A stretch of DNA of 62,829 bases, counting the filler, from Basidiobolus ranarum (taxonomy: Eukaryota): NCBI GenBank assembly GCA_040143965.1. It is 19 parts of 19 records of this genome, joined end to end, with 100 filler letters (N's around TTAATTAATTAA, not from the genome) between each part and the next. Parts side by side here need not be neighbours in the genome. Positions count along the whole stretch, not along the records: positions 9,966 to 13,185 come from JASJQH010009516.1; positions 13,286 to 16,503 come from JASJQH010009517.1; positions 16,604 to 19,821 come from JASJQH010009518.1; positions 19,922 to 23,138 come from JASJQH010009519.1; 15 more parts are not named here. One strand, written 5' to 3'. Positions within the stretch are counted from its first letter, which is position 1. Every line of letters starts with the position of its first letter. Both the position numbers and the translations under genes were made by a program. Below are positions 10,158 through 23,238 of this stretch, piece by piece. A model generated the notes under the pieces. It made no database searches, was not told where the DNA came from, and saw nothing but the letters and a program-made list of their open reading frames with translations.

Positions 10158-13100
10158 TGTTAAAGTACTTGGCAGCCAGTTAGAATTGGTTTGGAAAATC
10201 AGTGGAATTGGTGGTTTTCACTGATAGATTTATTGAGTAGAAAGTTGACATTTATAGTTTTGTCAAGATGTAAGCAAGCTAATGTGTAGAATGTGCTAAG
10301 GAAGGTCCCATGAACATGTGTGCAAAGTATGGGGCTTCTAGCACAAGTTTGAAAATCTATACATCTGAGAGTTTCTGAGTAGGTAAAAATGTTATAAGAA
10401 AATTCTGATTGAGAATAATGGATACTATCTTGGTGAAATATAAGATAACTAAGTACTAAGCTATATATGCCTATATAGGTGCTTAGGCAATGCTAATTTC
10501 AACACTCTCCCTCAGCTAAATAGTTATATACACTAATCTAACAAAGGTCTAAATTTCTTAAATTTCCATCTAGCTAATGGTCTGGTTTATATATCAGCAA
10601 TCCTGTCTTCTGTAGAACAATAGTTAAGTCACTAAACTTATTCTCCATAATATCTCTAATGAAGTGATGCGTAATATCTATATACTTGCTTCTATTATGA
10701 AACATGGAACTTTTAGCCTATTTGATTTAACTTTGATTATGTTGAAATATTATGATTGGTGATATTTGACAATATTGTAAATCTGTTAAGAGTTTCCTTA
10801 ACCATACTGCTTCTTTTGTTGCATCACAAGTAGCCATAAATTCTGCTTCTGTTTTTGAAAGTTCTATGGTAGGTTGTTTCTTTGAATTCCAAGAAATAGC
10901 TCTATTACAACAAAAAAATATATATCCTGTAGTAGATCTCCTGTCTTGAATATCTCTTCCCCAATTTGCATCTGAATATCCCATTAGATCAAAGTTATTA
11001 AGAACATGTGTATTTTCAGCACAGATTTACAGTACATTTGAAATACTGAAGATTACTTAACTGCTATGATTTGTTCATATCTATAATTTTAAAGAAATTG
11101 GCACATAACTCCCACCAAATATGCAAGATCTTGCCATGTTTCAATCATAATATACCTCAAGCTAACAACCATAGATTGATAAGGAAATTTCTAGCTTATA
11201 TTTGAATCAAGAATGTATGATTTGAGCTATTCTTGGACAAGTTCAGATTTGTCTCCATGAGGGTTGATAATAGATTACCTTCTTCCATTTTAAACTTCTT
11301 TGGTATGTCTAGGATAGACTTAAACTGGTTTAAAGTTATTGTTTTGGTAGTTCTATCTATATTAATTTGAAATCCAATATGGTACATCAGTTCACCAAGA
11401 ACACTCATTTTCAATATGGCAGCTAAGCTGGCTTAGGTTTTCTCCAAAGTCTTCAAGTCATTGGTTACTATATTAAGGTTATCCACATATAAGGCTAATA
11501 AAACTGGGTATGTCTTATCTGGCCTGAAGTAGATACTATAGTCAGTGTTCCACTTTTGAAATTTGAGTGTTTCCAAAGATGCATCTATCTTGCTATTCGA
11601 AGCTCTTGGAGATTGTTTTAAGCCATAGAGTGTTTCCAGAGTCTGCAAACTTTTTTAGGGTTTTCTGGGTCCACAAATCTGTCAGGCTGGTCCATATAGA
11701 TTTCCTCAGCAAGCTCACCATTCAAAAAGCAGTTTAACATCCATTTGATATATAATTAACTGATATTTATCTGAAATTGTTAAAATTAATTTATTTGAAT
11801 TAAACTTTGCTACAGGAGCAAAAGTTTCTTTGTAATATATTCCTGGTGTTTGGGAATAGACTTTGGCCAATAATCTAGCCTTGTACTTTTCTATATTGCC
11901 ATCAGAGCTGAATTTAAATTAAATACCTATCATCAGACAATTGATTTCTACCATCAGGTAAGTTGGTTAAAATCCATATTTGATTATCAATCAAAGCCTG
12001 GTCCTCATCTACCATTGCACATCTCAAAAATATTTTGTGAGGGCCATTGAGGGCCTCTTTTACAGTCTGGGGCTCATGTATTTCCACTGGGTAGGCATAG
12101 ACTGAATTTTGGGACTCATTGCTATAGTATTCAGGGCTATTTCTGATTCAATTTGATATCCTGCTTTGGGATTTAGGTACTACATTATCTGGCATTGTGT
12201 TGGGCACTTTAGTATGCAAAATTTTGGTTGAAGGGTCTACAGGAATGTTACTTTCTTCATTGTTATGATTTGAATCAATTTGAATGATTGGATAAGGAGA
12301 AATTGATATTTGTCATCATATGATGTCATTTTGGGTGAACATTTGGCATTTTCATTGAACAAAATATCCCTGGAGATGATCCACTTGAAAATTTTGGTAT
12401 CATAGAGCCTATAGGCCTTAGTGTGAGTACAATCACCCAGAAATATGCATTTCTTACTTTTTGGATCAAATTTAGGCCATTTATTGGTCATAAATTTAAC
12501 ATAAGCAATGCATCCAAAGATCCCTGAATGTTTTACATCAGTTTTAACTCCAAACCAAGCTTGATATGGTGTGGAGTTATACCAACTTCTAGCAAAACTC
12601 CTATTCTTCAGATATACAGCTGTAGCAACATATTCCACCCAAAAGTTATGAGATAGGTTTTGGGCATTTATCATAGATCTTACCATTTCTATTAAAGTCC
12701 TGTTAGCTCTTTCATCAAATCCATTTTGCTGAGGTGGATAGGGGGCAGCAGTTTCTTGCTTAATTTCATGAACTTTGCAAAAGTGCTTAAGTAGTGTTGT
12801 AGTAAATTCTCCACTATGATCAGTACATATTTTCTTGATTTTAGTTCAAGTTTCATTCTCCACTAGTGTTTTAAAATCTCTAAAGATAGAGAGTGCTTCT
12901 TCTTTCTCTTCCTTAAAGTAGACCCATGTGTAACTTGTCTTGTCATCAATAATTGTGATTGAGTATCTTTTTCCACCTCAAGATAAATTTTGCATAGGTC
13001 CACTCAAATCTGACTGAATTACATCCAATTTTTTGACAGATTTGATTAAACAATGCCTTTTGAATGGTTACCTAGCTGGTTTTCCATATATACAACCCTC

Positions 13101-13185
13101 ACAAATTTCCACTTTGGTTGGGAGGTTAATTTGAATTCCAGATATTGGGTGACTTTCAATCAATTTGCTTGAATAATTGTTGAAG
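10158..13185 (-). mobile_element. Degenerate Ty1/copia element family A: integrase-RT-RNase H, PPT and 3' LTR
   Basis: Motifs KFDPKSKKCIFLG, LYGLKQSPRA, LALYVDNL, GYSDANWG..DRRSTTGY, WNSKKQ, with many stops and frameshifts. Confidence 0.93.
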
Positions 13186-13285
13186 NNNNNNNNNNNNNNN
13201 NNNNNNNNNNNNNNNNNNNNNNNNNNNNNTTAATTAATTAANNNNNNNNNNNNNNNNNNNNNNNNNNNNNNNNNNNNNNNNNNNN

Positions 13286-15579
13286 CTATCTTGTTGTACC
13301 ATGCCCTGGGTGCTTGCTTGAGTCCTTAGAGCAATTCTTGCAGTTTACAGACCATATCAGGATGTTTTGGGTCAATAAATTCATCTGGTTGCTCTATATA
13401 GATCTCTTCTTCTAGATTTCCATTGAGAAAGGACATTTTTACATCCATTTAATGTAGATCAAGGTTATGGATGGCTGAGAGTGCCAGGATTGATCTAATG
13501 AAGCTAAACTTAGCTACTGGAGCAAAAGTTTCATTAAAATCAACTCCTGGAGTCTGGGAATAGCCTTTTGCAACTAATCTTGCTTTGTACCTTTCTATGT
13601 TCCATCAGCTTGGTTTTTGACTTAGTAGACACATTTGCAACCTATTGGCTTTGTTCCTGATTCTCCTTCTGGAGGATCTTCTGGGTACTGAATCATCCTC
13701 TGATGTAATTGGAACTTGAATTTTGGTTGAATAAGGTTCAGATACAGCTGCAATTTCATCAGACACTTCTTCATTAGTGCTGATTGTGTTTTCTTGATCA
13801 AGAACTGTGATTTCAGGTGCAAAGTTTGCTTTTTGATCAGAAATGACATCTCTGCATTTAATTAACTTCTGATTTCTGGTATCAAGCAGTCTATAGGCCC
13901 TAAAACTTTATAGCAATCTTGTTGGGCATCTGTTTTTGATATAGACTGCAGTGCAGACAGATTCAGCCCAATATTGGTAATCTAACTTTTGATCAAGTAA
14001 CCTTGATCTTGCCATCTTCACTCTGGTCCTATTAGCATGTTTTGCAACTCCATTCTGTTGTGCAGTGTAAGGTACAGTAGCTTGTTGCTTAATTTCATGT
14101 TTAGAACAAGAACTAGTAAAGTCTTTTGAGCAGTATTCTCCACCATTATCACTCCTTAGTACCCTTATTTTTTGTGCAGATTCTTTTTCTACCATTGGTT
14201 TGTAGTGCTTCCATGTAGGTAAGGCTTCAGATTATGATTTGTGAAAGAATACCCAAATATATCTTGTTATACCATCAATAAAGGTCATAAAGTACCTTTT
14301 CCCACCTAGTGAGACATTTTCATGGGCACACATAGAGCAGAATGAATCAGGCCAAATTCTGAGTGGATTTAATTGCTCCATAAGTTGAAAATGGCTGTTT
14401 GTGATGTTTTCCATATATGCAACCTTTATACAGATCCAATTGAGTGATATTTCCAATTACTCAGCCTGAAACAAGCTGAGTTTGGATCATTTGGGTCAGT
14501 TTTTGTTCCCAATGTGGCCTAATCTGCTATGCCATGTTTGACAACTTGTTTCACCGCATTTGGCCAAGTTTGCATGCTCAGAAGGCAATATTTTTATTTC
14601 TAGCTTGCATAAGTTTTGAGTTTTGATCTCAGTAGCTAATTTGGTATTATTTTGATCTGTGATAGTGCATCCAGCCTCACTGAACATGAAGTTTAGTCCT
14701 TGAGTTGTTGCCAGGCTTACTGAGGGTACATTCTTAGCTATACTTGGTATATAAAGTACATCATCCAATTTTGCAGATGGTGTAGCTGAATTTTGGTCTA
14801 ATTTGAGTACAACTGTGCCTTTACCAATAGCATCTAGTGCATAGTCATCACCCAAGTAGACTTTCCTTGTTTGGATTAGTTTTAAGCTGGAAAACCAATC
14901 TTTCCTGTTTCACATATGCTGGGAAGATCCTGAATCAATGTACCACATTTCTGAGACTTCTTTAGTAGTTACTGACAGGGCAGACACAAATAGATGCTCC
15001 CTATCAGTTCTTACTTGATTTGGTTGTTCCAATTTTAGCTTTTTGGCAAAAATCCTTTTTCCTCAATCTTAGATATTATAGCCTGGTTTCTTGCAATACT
15101 GGCAGATGATTGATTTCCTATTAGGGCCACCAATATTGAAACCTGTTGGATGTTTTACAGCCCCAAAAAATGCCTGTTCTGCATGATTTTGCTGAGAATT
15201 AGATCTCCTCAATTCTTCATTCAAAAGCCTAGCACCTACATATTCCATTGTCAATGGCTCTGATCTTGATGTGTATTTGTGAATTAGACACTTAAGTTTT
15301 GTTGAATTGAATATGTCCTACTTATAGTTTACTATGCAATGGGACTATTGGATGCACTTAGATCATAACAAATATGCCTGTTAAGCATGGGTGAAAATTT
15401 GGGATGATATGGAGAATATTTAAGAAAGTAGTGAAAATTGGTAAAAGAGATCTAATTGATAGTTCTATGCATTAAAGCATTAAAGTTGTGCTTTTGGATG
15501 AGAGAATTGAGTACTAAATAATCAGAATATGATTAAGCTTACTAGTAAATAATGAGTTGCTATTTACTTTATTTCAACA
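13286..15579 (-). mobile_element. Degenerate copia element family B (5' LTR about 15270-15579, gag, protease, integrase, RT; internal deletions), inserted in a CMC transposase
   Basis: Motifs [41 protein letters not shown]. The LTR starts TGTTGAAAT. Confidence 0.9.
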
Positions 15580-16376
15580 ACAATAACACCAACAATTTCA
15601 CACAGAGAATCATTTCATCACAGGTGTGCTCCATTGGGAACTGCCAGAATTTGTAGCAATGGCCTATAATCTCTAAGCATTGAGAAAAATACATAAGGGA
15701 TTGTATTGAATACCAGCATAGATTCAGCCTATCCTCTTTAAGCCTCTAATAAACTTTTTTATATCCAATTTCAAAATCTTCACACAGTTGATGTATCTTC
15801 CTAAGATCTGCCAATGTGAGTTGATGCCATAAGAATATATTAACAATGTTGACAAACAACTCCCAATGCTTCCAATACTTATCAGGCAGATATCTTTTCA
15901 AGATTCCACTTGAATAAATACAATGCCAATACTTCCAGTCTTTGCATTTGAATAAATGCCTAGATGAGTAGATATTGATGGGAGTCTTGGTAAAATATGA
16001 CAATATCTTGATATTTTCAAGCATTTTCCCAATTAATTCAAACTTTGATCCTATCTCAAATGGCTGTTTCATATTGAATTTCCAATATATAGCTGAGTAA
16101 GTAGTATTGGAATGTTGTTGAATAGTAAGTGCATAATGCCTAATGGGAAGCTCTCGCTCCAGCTGATCCCCTTTAGCAATATAATCTCAGGCTTATGGCT
16201 AATACCATGTTTGAAGTTAGACAGACTATTTGGTCAATTGATATCAGTGATCATGTTGAAATCTGACTGGGATCTTAATGGTAAAATGATGCAGTGTAGT
16301 GTTACATTTGGGTAGTAGTAATGCATATGCTTGTCAGAGTAAATTCCATTGATTTGACAAAATTGACAGCTAGAAA
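15580..16376 (-). mobile_element. CMC/CACTA (Tnp2-like) transposase fragment
   Basis: SFPLGIMHLLFNNI, FKCKDWKYW, LPDKYWKHWELFV; homologous to 56856-58908. Confidence 0.88.
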
Positions 16377-16503
16377 CCCTAACAAAAATAAAATCGATTT
16401 GATCCGGATCGGATCCACCCTCCGAAATAGCAAAACCATCAGAGAACCGTCACAATATTGTTGGCTTGCATTCTGCCAGGGATTTTGATGATGTGACGGC
16501 GGT
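16377..16503 (-). mobile_element. Right terminus of a young CMC copy inserted in the older copy
   Basis: Begins CCCTAACAAAAATAAAATCGATTTGATCCGGATCGGATCC, the same end seen at 58909, 47758 and 33583. Confidence 0.88.
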
Positions 16504-16603
16504 NNNNNNNNNNNNNNNNNNNNNNNNNNNNNNNNNNNNNNNNNNNNTTAATTAATTAANNNNNNNNNNNNNNNNNNNNNNNNNNNNNNNNNNNNNNNNN
16601 NNN

Positions 16604-16767
16604 TAAGATATAATAGATACGTGGGGGAAGAAGACATACTTGATATATAGATATAGAGATATTCCTATTTAGAATATAGGGGCTATAGATATATTGCTTT
16701 CTGTTTCTGATATATGTATCATAAATAAAGTTAACTATGATGTTGAATAAAGATTAATTATCCAACA
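16604..16767 (-). mobile_element. Copia LTR family C (partial)
   Basis: Reverse complement of 19359-19522. Confidence 0.85.
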
Positions 16768-18925
16768 GCAACAGATTCAGCCCAAAAGTTGTGAGATAAA
16801 TTTTGTGCATTTATCATAGATCTTGCAATTTTTATTATAGTTCTGTTAGCTCTATCAGCAACTCCATTTTGTTGAGGTGAATTGGGACAGTAGTTTCTTA
16901 CATAATTCCAACAACTTTGCAAAAGTGCTTAAATAGTGTTGAAGTATATTCTCCACCATTATTAGTATGTATTTTCTTGATTTTAGCTCCAGTATCAGTC
17001 TTCACAAGTGTTTTGAAATCTCTAAAGATAGACAGAGCTTCTTCTTTTCTTTCCATCAAGTAGACCCAAGTACATCTTGTATAATCATCAAACAATCTGA
17101 TGAAATATCTTTTTCCACCTAAGATTGATTTTGCATAGGTCCACACAAACTAAATGAATTAGATTCAATTTTTTGACGGATTTGATTAAACCAGAGCTCT
17201 TGACCAGCTGCCTGGCTTGTTTTCCATATTTACAACCCTCGCAAATTTCCATATTGATTGGGGGGGTTAGTTTGAATTCCAGAAATTTGGCCAAATCTCT
17301 TATGCCATAATTGAATAGTTTCTTGATTGGAAAATCTTACATTTACACATAAATCTCTTGGATTATATGTAAGCTTGTATAAGTTCTTATCTTTTTCTCA
17401 CAAAGCTAAATAATTACCATTTTGATCAGTGATGATGCATCCTGACTAATCAAAATTTAATTTCAGCCCTTCTGAGGTGGCCTCACATACATATATTAAG
17501 TTCTTGGCAATATCTGATACATGTAGTACATCCTTGAAAGTATCTACTTTCTCTCCAGATGCTCTAGTTATAAAAACTTGAATTGTTCCCATTCCAATAG
17601 CATCCAATGTGCAGTCATCTCCCATGAAAACCTTTCTAATTGGGATTTCTTTATAATCCACAAACCAATATTTATCATTGGCAAAAGATTGGGAAGCTCC
17701 AGAATCAGTATAACACATCTGAGAATCTTTGTTGGTAGTGATAGATAGAGCAGATATGAACAAGTGATCTTCTGTTATGACCACATTTGCAGATTCACTA
17801 TGTTTTCCTTCTTTTGCAATTCTTTTAAAGCAATCTTTGCTTAAATGGCCAGTTGTTTTTCAGTAATCACATAATGTGTTACTTCTCTTCTTAAAGTGCC
17901 TTTTACCTTTATAGGAGGGTTTCCCATAGCCTATTAAAGCATTTTCTTCATTCTTTTGGTTGGATCCTGATTTGCATAAATCTTCATCCAGAAGTCTTCC
18001 AAATACATAATCCAGGGTTACATTTTCAGTCCTTAAGCCTAGAGCCATTACAAGGCTCTTAAACTTGTTTGGTGGGCTATTTGGGACTGTAACCATGATA
18101 TCTTGATCAGTAGCAGGTACTGCAATGCATTCCTTTTTATCCACTACAATGGTGACTCTATTAATGAGTGATTTAATGTCATCTCCTGGCTTCATCTTTA
18201 AGTTAAAGAATTGTCTTCTTAGAAACATCTTGCTGGCAGCAGAACTTGTTTGGTAGGTGTCTTCCAACGCTTTCAATACCTTCTTGGCAGTTCTAGCTCT
18301 TGATGTTGAACTAGCAATTGGTCTTTAATATTAAGACAAGTTGTGTTAAAGGCACTTTGTTCTTTTTTAACTTGGAGTAAAATTTTGATTTCAGATAGTT
18401 TTGCATTGTTTTCATCTCCTACCACAGTGTCCAAAAGCCCTTTTTCTTGCAGCAACATTTTCATATTAATTTTCCAAAGATGCTAATTGGTTCCATCCAA
18501 TTTGTCAAAAGAGGGAAAAGTTACATAAATTTATGAAGTAGACATTACCAAGAGTGCAAAATTGGGGCTTGTAACCTGTCAAAGTATTTGGGAGCCTGTT
18601 GGAAGTAGTTTGGAGAATTAGAGGAGTTGGTGGTTCTTCGCTTATTGATTTATTGAGCAGAGAGTTGATATTTATAGCTTTGTCAAGATGTAAACAAACT
18701 AATGTGTAGAATATGTTAAGGAAGGACCCAGGAATATGTGTTCAAAGTTTGGGGCTTCTAGCACAAATTTGAAAAATCAATATATCTGAGAACTTCTAAG
18801 TTTGTAAAGATATTCCAAGTAAATTCCAATTGAGAATAATGGAGAATATCTTAGTGAACTATGAGATAACCAAGTACTAAACTATATATGACTATATAGA
18901 TGTTTAGGCAAAGCTAATTTCAACA
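16768..18925 (-). mobile_element. Degenerate copia family A: 5' LTR (18577-18925), PBS, gag, protease, integrase
   Basis: PBS GGTTACAAGCCCC; motifs MKMLLQEKGL, FFNLKMKPG, YTDSGASQ, CEGCKYGKQ, NNGGEY. Confidence 0.92.
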
Positions 18926-19358
18926 ATTTCAATAGGAACATGGCCAGATACTGCATCTTCTGTGGGAGCTATGTGTTGATATCTTTAAAATTTTGGATTG
19001 GATTAAATAATGGCAATTCAGCAGATTTTCATATATCTGAAAGAAACTGTGGATTTGTGCTTGAAAATACACATATTCTGGATCAGACTTTGATCTGATA
19101 ATATATTCAGAAGCCAGTTGAGAAAGAGATATTGAAGACAGGAAATCTACAATAGTATACTTATTTCTTAGCTGTAATGGAGCTATTTCTTGGAATTCAA
19201 AGAACTAGCCTACAGTAAGACTTTCAGTAACAGAAGCAGAATACATGGTTGTCTGTGAAGCAGCAAAAGAAGTAATTCATTCAAGAATACCAATTACAGA
19301 TTTAGGCTATTCCCAAAACTCACTAATCATAATATTTCAGGATAATCAGAGTTGTTTC
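18926..19358 (+). mobile_element. Copia RT/RNase H fragment
   Basis: ISWNSKN, TEAEYM, IFQDNQSC. Confidence 0.85.
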
Positions 19359-19821
19359 TGTTGGATATTAATCTTTATTCAACATCATAGCTAACTTTAG
19401 TTACAATATATATATCAGAAACAAAGAGCCACAAATATATAGCCCCTATATTCTAAATAAGAATATCTCTATATTGGTACAATAAGTATGTCTTATTACC
19501 CCCACTTATCTATTATATCTTAGTACACAAACTCCTGAATATCTCAAACAATTGATTTACTTTTTTACTATTTAAGTCACCATGTATTCTTAAGAATAAA
19601 GTAACTAAAACACACTATCATAAGTTGCTTCCAATACTCAAAGTCTGCCCCCATTATGTCAGGATCCCCCAACATGGTAGTAGCAAGTGAATTAGACTCT
19701 TCTTCCCAAAAGGAGATTACCCAAATTTCAACATTCAATGGGCAAGATTTCCATGAATGGAAATTCATGATGCAACTTGTGCTTGAAGGGAAACATGTCT
19801 GGGAAGTAGTTCTTCCTGATG
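19359..19821 (+). mobile_element. Copia family C 5' end: LTR 19359-19674 (TGTTGG...CCAACA), PBS TGGTAG, gag start
   Basis: Terminal inverted hexamer; gag N-terminus FNGQDFHEWKFMMQLVL. Confidence 0.85.
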
Positions 19822-19921
19822 NNNNNNNNNNNNNNNNNNNNNNNNNNNNNNNNNNNNNNNNNNNNTTAATTAATTAANNNNNNNNNNNNNNNNNNNNNNN
19901 NNNNNNNNNNNNNNNNNNNNN

Positions 19922-22381
19922 TAACAATATTGACAAACAACTCCCAATGTTGCCAATACTATCAGGCAGAAATCTTTTCAAAATTCCACTTGAAGATATA
20001 CAAATCCCATACTTCCAGTTTTTGCATTTGAATAAATGCATAGATGAGTGGATATTGATGGGAATCCTGGTAAAATATGACGGTATCTTGAAGTTTTCAA
20101 GCATTTTCCCAATTGATTCAAACTTTGATCCTATCTTGAATGGCTCATTTATATTGAACTTTCCATTATATAGCTGAGTAAGTAGTATTGGAATGTTGTT
20201 GAATAGTAAGTGCATGGTGCCTAATGGGAAGCTGCGGCTCCAGCTGATCTCTTTTAGCAATATAATCTTAGGCTCAGGCTAATACTAAGTTTGATGTTAG
20301 ACTGACTATTTGGTGAATTGATATCAGTGTTCATAATGAAATCTGACTGGGCTCTTGATGGTAAAATCATGGAGTTTAGTGTTGTATTTGGATAGTAGTA
20401 AAGTGTATGCCTGTTATAGTAAACTCCATTAATTTGACAAAATCAATAGCAATAGTGCATTGTGCCCGCAAAAAACTCCAAGTTTACTGATGGCAGGAGC
20501 ATCACCAATACATACAATGATATTAGCTTTAATAAAGTATTCACCCTTCTGAACCCCATTAGATAACCATTCAAATTCCACAATCAAAGGCTCCAAGAAG
20601 CTATCATAAGCACCGGTGATTTAGGCCCAGATATGATGGACAGTATCAAATTATTGTGACTCTTGTACCATTCAGAAGAAGGAAGATTTAAGTTGATTAA
20701 AATTCTTGGCCAGCAAGCCTTTCCAGCATTATATATGTGTAGTGAGAAATTGTCCAAAGCCAATGCAAATGGATGATCATACATGTTCTCAAAGAATCCT
20801 TGACTATTCAGATTTTGGTAGGGATATCCATCAAGAATATCAGTAATACAATCAGCTTCACAGTGAGTACCTTGGTATTGGATCAATGATCTATATATGG
20901 GTGATTTCATCAAAACTTTAAGATGGGGAATCAACGGTATGTAAGCCAAATATGAGCAATATTTACCTGATTCCATGATTGCCAATTGTGTGCAAATAGT
21001 ATATGACTTCAGGTTTTTGAGATCACCTGTGAAAGCCAAACAACCATTTGAACATGAAGGTAGTTTAATTACTAAAGCATTATAAGTCATATGATTGATA
21101 AGTGTATTCCACTTGTACCTGGTCTGTGGCAAGCAACAGTTGCAATCAACTATGGTAAAAGTGTAAGAAAACCTATAAACACCTGGTTGATAAGATTGGA
21201 TTGAACTCTCCACTCCTCAACTATCAAAGCTGCTTCCTTTACTATAAGTGTTATGAGTGGACTTATGTTTATCGATAACAAAGAGTCAGTAACAAAACCA
21301 TTGTCTTCTTCTTCAATTTCAGATATACTACCATTGGTACTGGAATAACCAAGGTCAGCATCTAGCAGCAAGTCCTTAAAGTTGTCTGGACTTACTGGTT
21401 CAACTAAGGTTGCATTCTGACATATATTATTCTGGTCATATAACTGTGAGAACTCCACAGTCTCTTGACTCTTGGCAGTTTTACCAAAGCTTTGAGGCAA
21501 ACTACAGTCAGTTTACTCAATGGCAAACCTAAAGTCAATTTAGTGCAATTATTACTGTTTTTGTAAACCAGCTTTGTGGAGCTGGAGGCATTGTATAGTG
21601 ACCATGCATGTGATTATTTTTTCTATGAAGCCTCCAGCTTTCATAGTATAAGAATTTGTGACAATAATAGCAGGGCTTCTTTAAATGTTTGTGTTGAGGC
21701 ATGAGAAGGATATTGTGGAAAAAAGAACACCTTCTAAGTAAGGGTGGTATTCTAGGTGTAGCCCATCAATATCATCAGCTGATTCTGAGATGGTGTCACA
21801 GATGTTTCATCAGGGGATTTACAAGATATTTCTGGTAATGGATGGCAATTTTGGTGTATTATAAGCTGTTTCTAGGCAATTTTATTACACCAAGTTTACC
21901 ATCCAAAAATTTCAATGCCATTCAAAAAGCTTTCAAAATCTAAATCAAAATTGGCTTCCAAGCCAAAGCCTGCTAGCACAAAAGGAAAAAAACCATCAAG
22001 AACAGAGGACTTGATTGATGAGAAGTCTAGCAATCCATTATCCACTTGGGAAGGCTTTAACATGCCGGAAACTAATGGAAGTAATGATGAAGCATTGAAC
22101 AATTTACCAGATGTGTTCATTTCTAGTGATAGTGCAAGTGAAGAGATTGTAATCCCCCAATTCTGTAGTAAATCAATAGTTGAGCAAAGTTCTACCAAAG
22201 CACTGTTAAGACCATCAACTTCCAAAATGGCTACTTTGCCCACTATTGAACAACCCACTGTAGAAAATTTGGATAGAATTATTACAACAAGGGAATTGCA
22301 GGCAGAACACCATAATGATTTGTATGCCATCATAAGTAAAAACTATAAAGTTGCTATAGAGGCCATGACAAGCAATAACTC
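19922..22381. mobile_element. CMC transposon copy: transposase (-, start about 21702) and divergent ORF-A (+, start 21915)
   Basis: CSNGCLAF..C..C, FALALDNF, WP..LINLNLP, SGPKSP; ORF-A starts MPFKKLSKSK. Confidence 0.88.
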
Positions 22382-23138
22382 TGTAGTGGAGCAGCATTGC
22401 TAGTCACTGGCAGGTTGACTTATTTCCACCCCAAGCTCATATCATTACTATAGTACAATTTCTATTTTATTATCCCTATTTGACTTACTCATGTTTTGTA
22501 GCCAATCATTCAACACTATTAGTATTATCCCCTATTATATCAGATTTATCAGTATTAACCCATATTAGCCCTATTATTTTCTGGAAACTGCAACAACCTT
22601 CTGGAACATACCATGAGATTATTGAAATATTTGATGATTGATTAGGTTTTGACTAGTCAAAACTTGATTTTGCCAGATCAAGCCATGACTTTCTGGATTA
22701 TTCTACAACCTTCCGGAACATTCCATGGATTATTAATCATATGAATTAAGATGATTTCATAACCCCAGATCCCCACCAATAGAATTCTCTGGAACTTTCA
22801 GGAAATTCTCATCAGTAATCATATCTACCACCAGAAAAGTATAAATAGGAGCCATATCTTTTCAAATAAAAATCATCCTAGTTTTGAACTTACAATTACT
22901 ACTTGTGATCACCCCATATTTTTGTCACCACTTACAAGACCTTTGAGGAGAAGCTCAAGAGAGACTACTAGAGGCAGTTACAGGCTACTGTATGACTAGA
23001 AAGGACTTTACTAGCTCAAAGGAATTGCTGACAGGTAGGTGTTATATTTCTGATACTTTATATTTTTTCCCTAGCTTTGTCTGCATAGGCAAGGAACTTT
23101 TTCATATCCTTGGATAAATCACTACTAGTGCATCCTTG
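22382..23138 (+). mobile_element. Probable LTR (starts TGTAG, gypsy-like) inserted in ORF-A, with HSE arrays, TATAAATA at 22840 and AATAAA at 22865
   Basis: Interrupts ORF-A exactly at a TG and has a U3/TATA/polyA layout. The 3' end is not on the contig. Confidence 0.6.
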
Positions 23139-23238
23139 NNNNNNNNNNNNNNNNNNNNNNNNNNNNNNNNNNNNNNNNNNNNTTAATTAATTAANNNNNN
23201 NNNNNNNNNNNNNNNNNNNNNNNNNNNNNNNNNNNNNN

